Shown piece by piece: positions 41,952 through 53,959 of a DNA stretch of 64,000 bases (position 1 is its first letter; each line of letters opens with the position of its first letter). Location of the stretch: the NCBI GenBank assembly GCA_964016885.1, contig OZ024743.1:192882001-192946000 (forward strand), given 5' to 3'. The notes beneath the pieces are model-generated. The model made no database searches, had not been told where the DNA came from, and worked only from the letters and a program-made list of their open reading frames with translations. The DNA is from Eledone cirrhosa. Taxonomy: Eukaryota. The translations under genes and the position numbers were made by a program.

Positions 41952-42294
41952 CTCTCGAGTCCCAAATAATAGGGGAGGCTGGAATAAGCAGTGGGGTTGG
42001 ACATTTGCTTAAATTCTTAGAAGCGAGGCGTTGGAATAAACGGGGGGATTAGGAAACCGGTAATTGTATAGTTTACGTTCGTAAAATGTTCTTTTTTGTC
42101 ATATATAATGAGTTTTTAATGTAAAATAAAATTATTATTAGATTATCCAGCTGCTGTATCGATATGAATCACTTACAATAAAGTTTCACCGGAGATAGAT
42201 TAGCAAATTTTAATAAGCGGCCGGTGTGAGGTGAATAAAAGCGGGGGGGGGGGTTAATAAGCGGTGGGGGACGATTATTCAAGACCTGAGAGTA
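41952..42294. mobile_element. MITE-like DNA element nested in a SINE
   Basis: Imperfect inverted ends actctcgagtcccaaataat / attattcaagacctgagagt, with internal gaataa..gg subterminal repeats. SINE sequence resumes on both sides. Confidence 0.5.
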
Positions 42295-42551
42295 AACCCA
42301 TAACGTAAATCTCAGGGAGATTTTACATGTGACAAAGGCTGGCCTTTTGAATGACAGGTACAGTCCATTCAATGAACTTCCAAAGATTTGCCATCAACAG
42401 AGTTTCACTTGGAAGGCTTGAATTGACCCGACATTTGTCGATGATGCCACGTGCTAAAATCGAACCTGGGACTTTATGAGTACAAAGTCACGTTACTTCA
42501 ATGTATAATAAAATTATCTTAACATAAGCAAAGAGAGAGAGAGTGTGTGTA

Positions 42552-42594
<43 letters not shown>

Positions 42595-43199
42595 TTGAGA
42601 GAGAGAGAGAGACAGGCAGGGGGGGTAGTGGTGCAAGAGTCTGGATAAGTAAACTGTTTTGTTGCTTATTTTATCTGTTAGGCTGAAAAGGATGCATGCC
42701 TGTAGTATCTACTTGAACTAGTACATTATGTATCCACTTCCAAAGTAAGAAAGGCAATATTTATCTCAGCGGGATGAGTCTTAATATCAAAATAATAATT
42801 TAACACAAGTTACTTACCCGTGAGTGTGTAAAATTAAAGCGTCAATATTTTTCTCAGCACAGATATGCCCTAACAGGTTCTTATGCACTTGCAGTCATTC
42901 CTAGCAGTCAAAGCTAGCACATTTTTTGTGGGGACGGGCAAAGTTGATTAAATCACCCCCAGTATTTGATTTTACTTGGTTTTATTGACTCTGGATGGCT
43001 GAAAAGCTAAGTTGAACTCAGCGGGATTTGAACTCAGAACCTAAAGAACTAGAACAAATATCGCAATGGTATTTTATACGACAGTCTACCCATTATGCCA
43101 ATCCACTATCCTCATCGTTTCCCCACGCTTTGACTTAAGGCGCAATGGTTCGTGTATTGCTACCATATCTGCATTACGTTTAAATCTCACAAGTTTATT

Positions 43200-43460
43200 T
43201 CTTCTTCTTCTTCTTCTTCTTCTTCTTCTTCTCATACTTATTCCTGGGAGGGTCGTTGGGGAAGAGTCCTCAAACACTCCTTCCAGCGGGTCCTGTCAGA
43301 AGCAAACATCTCCAACTGATCCAACTGGATCCCTAAGCATGACAAGCCAAGCTCATGGATGTTATCCGGTTGGTTTTGCCCGTAAATCTGTCAAGCGATT
43401 CTTTCCTAAGATATTCTAACCACATGTCCATAATAACGGAGCTGTGATCTCTCCATTAAT
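43200..43460 (-). mobile_element. RTE LINE 3' end with (GAA)n tail
   Basis: Homologous to 8745-8990. (CTT)n on the plus strand at 43200-43231. Confidence 0.75.
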
Positions 43461-44552
43461 GTTTTATTAGTTAATTAATTAGTTCTTCCTGTTCCCTGTG
43501 GAGCAATGAATGAAGAGAGATCTTCACCAAACACGGTCGCAAGACCTGTCACGAGCTAGCTCTTAGGCCAGAGTATCCCCATATCTACAAGGTCCTCCTT
43601 CATAGTCCTCAACAAGGTTTTACCTAGCTTCCTGTGCCTCCCAATCCCTAATCTAGCTACCACTCGTGAGAGATTTTCATTGGTCTCTTTGTAGGTATGC
43701 GTTGTAAATGGCCGAGCATCTTCCGCCATCTTACGGTTATGGTAGCTCGACCAGACTCTTTCCATGGTCTTTTCATCGTGATGTAGTCACGTCAGGAAAT
43801 TCTTAGTATGGTCCTAAGGCAAAGTCCGTGGAATATATTTATTTCCATTTCTATAGACTTATAATATGTCGTAATTTGGGTAATTCTAGTTTGAAATTAA
43901 AACCTACGTATTTTTTGTTTTGTTTTTAATTAATTAATTTATTTATTTATTTATTTTTTGTTTTTTTTGTTCCTTAATTTATGAAGTATCTCAGGGGCAC
44001 TAGTCCGCAGCGTATCTATTTATACTAACTATGTTGTGGCCCACCGAGGAACGCTTTATATAGTCGCTCAACCTGCTATTTAAAGTATCAACCAAAACAT
44101 CCTCAAATCAGACTTTACCTGCCTTTAAAATATAACCACACATCTGTCGTTTTTCAAAGAAACGGCAAAGTTTAATACAGCTTGTCATGAGAATCCTCAC
44201 AACTCAATTCTCCCCAGCTGTGTGAACTGGAGCAATGTGAAATATAAAGTTTTGCTCAAGAGCACAACACACTTACCGCTCTGGGAATCGAACTCACGAA
44301 TTTATGATCATGACCATAACACCGATAACCACTAAGCCACACGCCTTCACATAAACAGCTGTATTATAAATATAATCAGATGAGAAGTATATATGATGTG
44401 CTTCCTTTGTATATATATATATTTCCAAAAATATTCCATACATAAACTTAACTCTATATATATTTTAATTTACCCACTTTTGTTTCAATTTTTTTTTTTT
44501 ATAATTAACCATCATGTGACATATTTTTCATTGGATTCTTTTGTTTCATATA

Positions 44553-44645
<93 letters not shown>

Positions 44646-44646
44646 A

Positions 44647-44729
<83 letters not shown>

Positions 44730-44730
44730 T

Positions 44731-44807
<77 letters not shown>

Positions 44808-44814
44808 TATATAT

Positions 44815-46368
44815 AAGCAGAGTACCACTAACGTAACGAGGTTCATATATGAAGGTATATATGATATGCTTATGTGTAATAAACATAGAAGAGCTTCGCT
44901 ATGAATATTTTAAGCAGTGATCATGTCACAGCTATCTCGGTAATCGTATGGGAACGTCAGAGATGTGTTTCTGGATTTTTATCCGTCATCGGTGACATTT
45001 ACTCACTAAGTACTGAGACAACAATAAGCTAATATCCTTCTTCTTTTTTTGCGCAAGAAACATAGGCTACAGATGTTTATTTCCATATAGTCCGAACTCG
45101 ATTGGTTAGGTTTAATGACGTGGTTCACCATAGAGATATATATGAAGACATATATGATATGTATATGCAGACCTCTCAACTATCCCCGTCGGACGGGGAG
45201 ATCTCCCATCCACTTTGGGGTGAAGGGTGAGAGGTGTCTTCTCTTATGAAAATGGGTATAACTTTCATTATGTAAAATTTCCCCATTTTGCCTCATTTCT
45301 TCCCGCTTTGGGACACATTTTTTCATAGCAGTCCCCGTTTGGGTTTTTAGAGGTTGACAGGTTTGGTATATGTCTTCATAGGACAAAACATTGATAACAC
45401 AGAAAAAATAACACGGCTAACGGAATTACAGGGGAATAAGGATAAAGTCATTTGATTAGAACAGACAACACAGTCGGCAACGAAGAGAGTTAATAGACAA
45501 AAATTATTACGACTGGGATAAAACAAGTACAATTACAGGTTTACCTTTTATTCTCCCATGATAGATATAGTCAGAGGCGTAACTAGGGTATGACAAGCAT
45601 AGCACGTGCCATGGGCTCCACATGAAGGGGTTGACACTTGGACTAGAAGCACGTTCTATTAAAGTCAGATAAGCTATCGTCGGAGAGTGAGAAAAGGAAC
45701 TTCTTCAGATGTCTGATCTGTCTCTGTCATGGGTGGCTGGATCATTAAACCATTTATATAAACTATTAGGCCCATAGGTGAAAATACAGTGCTGGGCAGG
45801 GGCACAATTTCACTGCTTGCCATAGGCCCTATTTTCCCTAGTTATGCCTGTGGATATAGTGGAGTACCAGTCAAGTACTGGGGTCGATTTCATCGACTTT
45901 CCCCTCCTCCGAAATAGTTGACCTTGTATCAAAACTCTCAAGTACCTGTGGGCCGCAAAGGATTCAGATCAAAATGGAAGAGAAGGGCACAAACAAGGGA
46001 AGAGTGATAGTCCATTGTGACCAGCAATATATATGAATATCTGATAGTGCGGTCGATCTAGGAAAAACACGCTATGTTAGTGCTACTTCTAACCAATCAT
46101 GTTCACCCTATATACAAATGAACATCCCCAGCCTGTGTTACATATTTTGTCTATACTTGTCTCAGTCCTGAGAGAGCAAATGTCACCGATAACGGATAAA
46201 AATCCAGAAACAGCTGCCTGACATTCTCACCACTACTGAGATACTGGAACATGATCACAGCTATTAAAATTTCATACTGAGACTCTCTTGATATGTTTAT
46301 ACATAAACATATCACATATGATTTCATATATACCCCTATCATGAACCACACTATGTTAGTGCCACTTC

Positions 46369-46370
<2 letters not shown>
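44815..46370. repeat. Diverged ~210-bp inverted repeats bounded by (TA)n on both sides
   Basis: 44815-45021 vs 46156-46370 share tgtttctggatttttatccgt.atcggtgacattt and other blocks. Confidence 0.75.
45572..45852. mobile_element. hAT-type MITE with 8-bp TSD
   Basis: TIR cagaggcgtaactaggg / ccctagttatgcctgtg. TSD gatatagt at 45564-45571 and 45853-45860. Confidence 0.85.
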
Positions 46371-46410
<40 letters not shown>

Positions 46411-46528
46411 TATATATATAGTATAAAGTAATTCGTTTTTAAATGTGAAAACAGATAATTAATTCTGAAGAAATCTATTAAGGATGAAACATATGTAAAT
46501 TGAAATATTATATAGTTAGCAGTGTTTG

Positions 46529-46590
<62 letters not shown>

Positions 46591-46593
<3 letters not shown>

Positions 46594-46818
46594 CGAAGGA
46601 AATGTGGTAAAGAACCAGATGGACCATAACGCACCAAAGTACTCAATACTTAGGGTAGTAGAGTGGGTAATAGGAACAAGTATGACCCCGACGGCAGAGC
46701 TCAAGCCGTTTCGACGGCTAATTCTGGACTCCAGAATTAGCCGTCCAGAATTAGAGTCCCGAATTAGCCGTCGAAACGGCTTGAGCTCTGCCGTCTGGGT
46801 CATACTTGTTCCTTCGTT
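46591..46818. mobile_element. Fold-back PLE terminal repeat centred in hammerhead stem II
   Basis: Arms 46672-46730 / ~46757-46813 carry gccgtc-GAAA-cggc(ttgagctct)gccg-TC. Same family as 2958-3005, 6843-7292, 20655-20816 and 57261-57330. Confidence 0.8.
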
Positions 46819-47106
46819 GCATTACCATCTTTGATTGTTTACAGTCTCGCTCGTTCCCCTTATTTACGTGTCCCAACGACTTTCTTTAGCCGTTGCTCGC
46901 ACCAACCGGAGGTATATGGTCTTTAAAGCGATGAAATACCAATGAAGGTTGTAAGATCACTGATGAAGGATTAACTTTATTCATATATATATATATATAT
47001 TTGATATAATTTATTCTTACAAAAGGATTATGTTGTTTCGGTGTCTATGAAAGCTGCCAACAAAAACACTTTTCTCTTACTCTTGAAGTAAGAAAAAACC
47101 TCCCCC

Positions 47107-47178
<72 letters not shown>

Positions 47179-47574
47179 GTATATAACTCTACATCCCCAG
47201 GAGTGCCTTGTTGCGTTACCTGGTTTTTCATTCTTTCCTGCCTATTTAATGAATCAGATATTTGCACTAGAATCTGTTATCCCTCCATTCCCACCTTCCC
47301 ACCAACCTTTCTTCCGTCCCTTATTTCCCACCATCACCTCCTTCCCTCCACCTCGCTATCTATTTTACCTACACACCGCCATCGTCTCATTGCTTGGGAA
47401 GTGAATAATATAGCGAAGAGGGGTGAGCGGAAAGTAAATAGTCATGTTAGGGGGAAGGTAATATGGTAAAAGGGGTGTCAGACAGGGAGAAGTCATGTGG
47501 CTCGTATTTTTATTTATCATTGATGGGGTGGTAGGGGGGAGTATATGAATTAAAAGGTGCGTAGTTTCCATCAC

Positions 47575-48035
47575 CTTCTTCTTCTTCTTCTTCTTCTTCT
47601 TCTTCTTCTTCTTCTTCTTCTTCTTCTTCTTCTTCTTCTTCAACCAATTCCCTTTGCTATTCACTTGTCTATCTTCTACTCGTCTACTACCACCTCTACT
47701 ACGACCACCACTATACTACTACCACTACCACCTCTACCACTACTACTACTATACTACTACCACCACCACCACCGCCACCACCACCACCACTACTACTACT
47801 ATCACCACTATCACCGCCACCACCACCACCACCACCTTCACCACTACCACCACCGCCGCCACCACCACCACTACTACTACTACTACTATCACCACTATCA
47901 CCGCCACCACCACCACCACCTTCACCACTACTACCGCTACCACCACCACCACCTTCACCACTACCACCACTACCACCGCTACCACCACCACCACCTATAC
48001 CACCACCACCACCACTATCACCTCTACACTATACT
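47575..48035. repeat. (CTT)n followed by (ACC/ACT)n trinucleotide tracts
   Basis: Direct reading. Confidence 0.95.
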
Positions 48036-48273
48036 ATAAGATGTATGTGTGCTGTGTTGTGATGTGCTGTACTGTCCAGATGTCAGAATTGTAGATAAAT
48101 GTTATCTTGCAGTAGATTCTCTTGGAGGTGTATTAAAGGTTAGTAGCAACTGGAAGGAGAGAAATTGATTTGTTGTATATACAGGGTGTCCCCCAAAAAT
48201 GTATACACACTTTGATTACCTGTACAAGCAATATTTATTAGAATGCTGTTGAAGTGTGTACACATTTTTGGGA

Positions 48274-48334
<61 letters not shown>

Positions 48335-48554
48335 TATAGATATATATATATACACGTTTAAATGAGGTGGTTTACCACTGGGTAGAATCGGTCATTCTGA
48401 AATGTTAATCATGACGTAATGCGAGAAAAGCACTCGACGTTATGCAACTCATCATCTTCAACACTGAAATGTGCATAGTGTTTACAGTATTAAAAATTTA
48501 AGGAAATTCAACATATTTGGCCTCCTATCATTTCACTTTATATATATATATATA

Positions 48555-48615
48555 TATGTGTGGGGGTGTGTGTGTATATATATGTGTATGTATATGTGTG
48601 TATATATGTGTATGT

Positions 48616-48656
<41 letters not shown>

Positions 48657-48713
48657 GGGGTGTGTGTGTATATATATGTGTATGTATATGTGTGTATATA
48701 TGTGTATGTACAC

Positions 48714-48744
<31 letters not shown>

Positions 48745-48797
48745 GGGGTGTGTGTGTATATATATGTGTATGTATATGTGTGTATATATGTGTATGT

Positions 48798-48840
<43 letters not shown>

Positions 48841-48983
48841 GGGGTGTGTGTGTATATATATGTGTATGTATATGTGTGTATATATGTGTATGTACACATA
48901 TATATATATATATATGTGTGTGTGGGGGTGTGTGTGTATATATATGTGTATGTATATGTGTGTATATATGTGTATGTACACAC

Positions 48984-49000
<17 letters not shown>
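48555..49000. repeat. Minisatellite, 5 copies of an ~80-95-bp unit starting gtgtgggggtgtg
   Basis: Units start near 48557, 48652, 48740, 48836 and 48920 and differ in (TA)n length. Confidence 0.9.
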
Positions 49001-49019
<19 letters not shown>

Positions 49020-49058
49020 ATGTATGTGTGTATCTGGATGTATGTGTATGTATATATA

Positions 49059-49089
<31 letters not shown>

Positions 49090-49185
49090 GTGTGTGTATG
49101 TGCATATATGTGTGTGTGTATGTGTGTGTGTATGTGTGTGTGTATATATATGTATGTGTGTGTGTATGTACGTGTGTATATGTAT

Positions 49186-49255
<70 letters not shown>

Positions 49256-49632
49256 ATGTGTATGTATATGTATATGTATATGTGTGTGTGGATGAGGGTA
49301 TGTGTATATATAGGTGTAAGTGCACTAAATCCCTTTCTATCAATCTCCCCTCTCCTACCTACCACAGGAAGATATATGTATGTATATTGCTTCCACCCCC
49401 TCACTGACCAGCAGCTGGCCATCTGGCCATTGCTAAATTTGACCTTTATAAAATAACCCACACCCCCAAATAACTTCTCATTCACTACTAGAAAGGCACC
49501 CAGCAGTCAACGAGCTGCTAAACGAGCTGCTACCAAGATGAAAAATACTGTGAAATCCCACAATGAATTTTATACTTGAATTTTCAAATCTCAAATTTTA
49601 ACTCTTATTATTAATTTTTCTTAATATTAATC

Positions 49633-49680
49633 AACATTTGAAAAGATGGCTTTTGCAGACCCATCGAAACCGGTCATTTT
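49633..49680 (+). ncRNA. Minimal hammerhead with U3-A8 core variant
   Basis: aacat-TTGAAAA-gatgg(cttttgcagac)ccatc-GAAA-ccgg-TC-atttt. Confidence 0.65.
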
Positions 49681-49815
49681 TTATACCCTTTATTATTTCC
49701 TTACCTTATAAAATTATATGTTTTTCACAAAAAAGTATTGTCTCTTATATATTCCATGTGCCATTACCAACCTCAATTTTCTCTATAACCTTCGTTTTGT
49801 GTAGTAAATTACACT

Positions 49816-49908
<93 letters not shown>

Positions 49909-50261
49909 TATATATATTTTATATCACAGCTAAATTGTGAGTCTTGTGTTACTCTGGAGTTTTGCCTGTTTATTAGCTCATTGTTTAGCCGTAATATAAT
50001 GAATATTTAAACTTACTTTGGTATTGAGTGCCCTTTTCTCTCGGCCGTCAACTACATATGGATATATTTATATACTATTTGTAACTTGTACTCCTGCGTT
50101 GTCTGTGTTTTTTTGTATTCTGAACTATATATATATATATATAGGCGACTGCGAGTCTTTCACAAACAACCTTGCCCAGACTTGTGCCTCGGATGGGAAC
50201 TTTCTAGGTGCAAATCCCATGGTCATTTGTGTATTTGTGTGTATATGTAAGCGTATGTATG

Positions 50262-51195
50262 TTCTTCTGGTTTTATAATTTCACAAATTGTTGCCAATAG
50301 AGAGAGAGCCGGTTTCTAACATAGACACAAGACTCTTTCATTGGAATTTACACAACATCAACTGGGTAGATATGTATGCATGTGTAGGTATGGATGTTAT
50401 TGTATGTGTGGATGTGGATGTTTTGAGTTGTATGTGTGCATGTGCATATGCTTTGTATCTGTACAAGTGTATATACAGTTATTATATGCAGAATTTTTGG
50501 AATCTTTTACATATTATTACTGTTCCATTAATTGATTGTACTTGTAATTTCCTAACTAGTTGTGTTCTTTCTGTTTTTGTGAAGCACAGCTTCTCAAAAT
50601 TTGTACTGGGGTAGTTACGAACATATCCCAATGCCCCAATAATCACAGGCATAAATCTGATGGCACAGTCAGGGTGGAGTATCTGCAAATTTCTCATTAG
50701 TTCTGCTTAGATATTCTCCTTTTCGCTAATCTTTAATATTATATTGGCATCTGCTGGGCAGCTAACTTCCACTGCTGCGCATGCTTTCTTTTCCCTGTCC
50801 CATATTATATCTGGTCTGTTATGCTGGCATTTTATTGGGATTTTTACTGGAATATTCCATCAGTACTCTTTCATGTGTTTATTATCGGAGCTATGTTTTG
50901 TACGGATTGCATTGTACAGTGTCTGGGCCACTACATCATGCCTCATAGGTAGATAGTACCGCGATGACATCTTTGGACAGCTGTTTATGACATGGGTCAC
51001 ATGTTCAATGTTAATTCTGCAGAGTCTGTACTTGTCACATCTAGGTGTTTTGCCAGCATCCCTATCTCTTTCGTTGATTGCAAAAGCATATCCTTCAAAT
51101 TGGGAGCCAATATAGCGGCTGTTGGTCCAAGATAGACTACTTTGTTTATCTGTATTACTCTCACTCAGGAGCTTCCTGGCAACATATCTATGCAT
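50262..51195 (-). mobile_element. 5'-truncated RLE-type non-LTR retrotransposon (R4/Dong-like), decayed
   Basis: RLC...EHVTHVINSC zinc knuckle, RHDVVA, HNRPDII, VEVSCP, PVIIGALG, followed by a 3' UTR. Confidence 0.85.
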
Positions 51196-51371
51196 AATTT
51201 TATTGTATGTGTATATGTATGTATGTGTATATGTATGTATGTGTGTATGTATGTATGTGTATGTATGTATGTATGTATGTATGTATGTATGTATGTATGT
51301 ATGTATGTATGTATGTATGTATGTGGGTATATATGTGTGTATGTATGTGTGTATGTATGTATGTATGTATT

Positions 51372-51981
51372 ATGTCAGGTCACCACTTGGTGCTACTGGT
51401 AACATGTATCCCAGTACAACCTGTCTCATGGTCGGGTCGTTGGTGACTAAACTGGCAACCCCACCAAGGTTTCTTGGTGAGGAGGGTGACTTTGGACATC
51501 CTGCAGGACTAAAAACAAAACCTGTCAAAGGGCAAAGGAGCTCTTAAGAGTCAATGGCCATCCAAAATCACTGGGAGAGATGACCCCTTAGCCTTTGTCA
51601 AGGCAGAATTCTAGGAGAAGGAAAACTCTGATATAACACCTGCAACCCTGATGGTATCCAATGATGTTGACTTGTTCTTCTTTTTGGTAAATATCATCTT
51701 GGTTAAGAGAGTGGGACTGGCTTTGTGCAGTTCCTTTGCTCACTATAAAAGCTTCATGGCACAGGCATTGCTTTGTATCTGGAGTTCTTTCTGCACTTGT
51801 CGTCACATGGTACCATGGGCCCAGCACTATGTGTCAATAATTGTCACAAGTGTAGTGTTTGTACCAGAGTTTTCAAGTCGCTGGCTGGACTAAAAAGTCA
51901 CACTCGTTCAGCGCATTGGTAGGGGTTCCCCTACATGGATATAAAGTAGTGGCCGTACTCGAAAACGAGTTGGCAGCCACC
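51372..51981 (+). mobile_element. RTE-derived non-autonomous retroelement, copy 3 (longest)
   Basis: Reverse complement of 5618-6192 plus ~30 extra 5' bases. (ATGT)n on both sides. Confidence 0.8.
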
Positions 51982-53177
51982 ATGTATGTATGTATGTATG
52001 TATGTATGTATGTATGTATGTATGTATGTATGTGTGTATGTATGTATGTATGTATGTATATGTGTATGTATGTGTGTATGTATGTATCTATGTATGTGTG
52101 TATGTATGTATGTATGTATGTGTGTATGTATGTATGTATGTATGTTTGTATATGTATATGTATGTGTGTATGTATGTATGTATGTATGTATATGTGCATG
52201 TATGTATGTGTGTATGTATGTATGTGTGTATGTATGTATGTGTGTGTGTATGTATGTATGTATGTATATGTGTATGTATGTGTGTATGTATGTATGTATG
52301 TATGTATGCATGTATGTATGTGTGTATGTATACATGTATGTATGTATGTATATATGTATGTATGTATATATGTATGCCTGTATGAATACAATTTAGTAGT
52401 TAGGAAGGTAAGTTGGCAGATACGTAGTGAGAAGGAAAGAGTTTAAGAAAGGCAAGGAAAACATAAGGTAAACTGGGTAAAGGGTAAAGACTCCCTTCGT
52501 TTACTAATGACCATGGGATTTGCCCCTAGAAAGTTCCCTTCCAAGGCTCCAACTGGAGCAACGTGAAATAAAGTGTCTTGCTCAAGGATACAACGCATCA
52601 CCCGGTCCGAGAATCGAACTCACAACCTCTCGTTTCTTCATATCTTTCTTTACTCTTTCTCTTTTTCTTCTTCATTAATTTACCTTCCCTTTGCAATCGG
52701 GAGGGTAAATTAATTGTTTCTACGTTTGGCACAAGGCCAGCAATTACCCCCAGTGCATTATTGGTGCTTTATTTTATCGATTCCGTAAGGATGAAAGGCA
52801 AAGTTAACCTCGGCGGGATTTGAACTTTGAATGTAAAGGACCATTACTCTGTGCTGCAAAGCATGGTATCCGATACTGCCAATCCACCGCCCTTAAGAAG
52901 GTAAATTAATGAAGAAGAAAAAGAGAAAAGTAAAGAAAGAGACGAAGAAATATATGAAGGAAATATTGACAAAAGAGTTAAACAGAAAGAAGGGTCCAGT
53001 AAAACTAAGAAACGGTAAACATAGGTTACTTCAAACAAGTTGATATCATCAACTATTATGTTCAAGTGGCCTATTGACTTTGCAATGGTGAGGTAAGTAG
53101 AAAATGTGTATATAGCATATATTTACATGTGAGCAAATATATGGTATTAACAAAGACTGGTTGAGTGAGGTTTAATA

Positions 53178-53285
<108 letters not shown>

Positions 53286-53516
53286 AATGTATGTATATAT
53301 GTACTTAGTTTTTGAATTTGTATTGCAAGATTTCTTATCTGAAAACGTGTGTTGAAACAGATATTGTGATACTTTGTGTGTGTGTGGTGGGGTGGGGGGT
53401 GGGGGGGGGGGGGGTCATGCTGCCAATAAAAACACGCATCTGTTGGTTTTCACTTCAATTTATTATACATTTCCTGAATTCTACGGCGTAGTGAATAGTC
53501 ACTTCCATAATTATAA

Positions 53517-53627
53517 GCTTTCTGATGAAGTGTGATAAATAATTAAGTATTGCATAAGATTGAACAATACATATTGTAATCAGCATATGTAGACAATAAT
53601 AATAGACACTGAAACATACATTAAAGC
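53517..53627 (+). ncRNA. Decayed hammerhead with long stem II loop
   Basis: gcttt-CTGATGA-agtgt...acact-GAAA-cataca-TT-aaagc. Stem III cataca is explicable as CpG decay of cgtacg. Confidence 0.55.
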
Positions 53628-53844
53628 AAATAAATTCCTGATCTCATTTCTCGCCGATGTTTATATTGTTCTTGGTGCAATACTTGGTTATATTAATACA
53701 TATACAATACGTGTTTAAATCGATATCCAATGACTTAGATCTCGTTGTTTACAATTCATTTGGAGCACACACATAGAAGCAATTGTATGTATATATATAT
53801 ATATATATACATATATGTGTGTAAGTGTGTGAGCGCGCGCGCAC

Positions 53845-53906
<62 letters not shown>

Positions 53907-53959
53907 GTGCGTGTGTGTGTATGTGTGTGTATATATATACATGTGTTTGTGTGTGTGCA

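Noticed and set aside
47557-48094. Poly-His, poly-Thr or poly-Val ORFs
   Set aside because: Pure trinucleotide repeats with no supporting splice context or domain.
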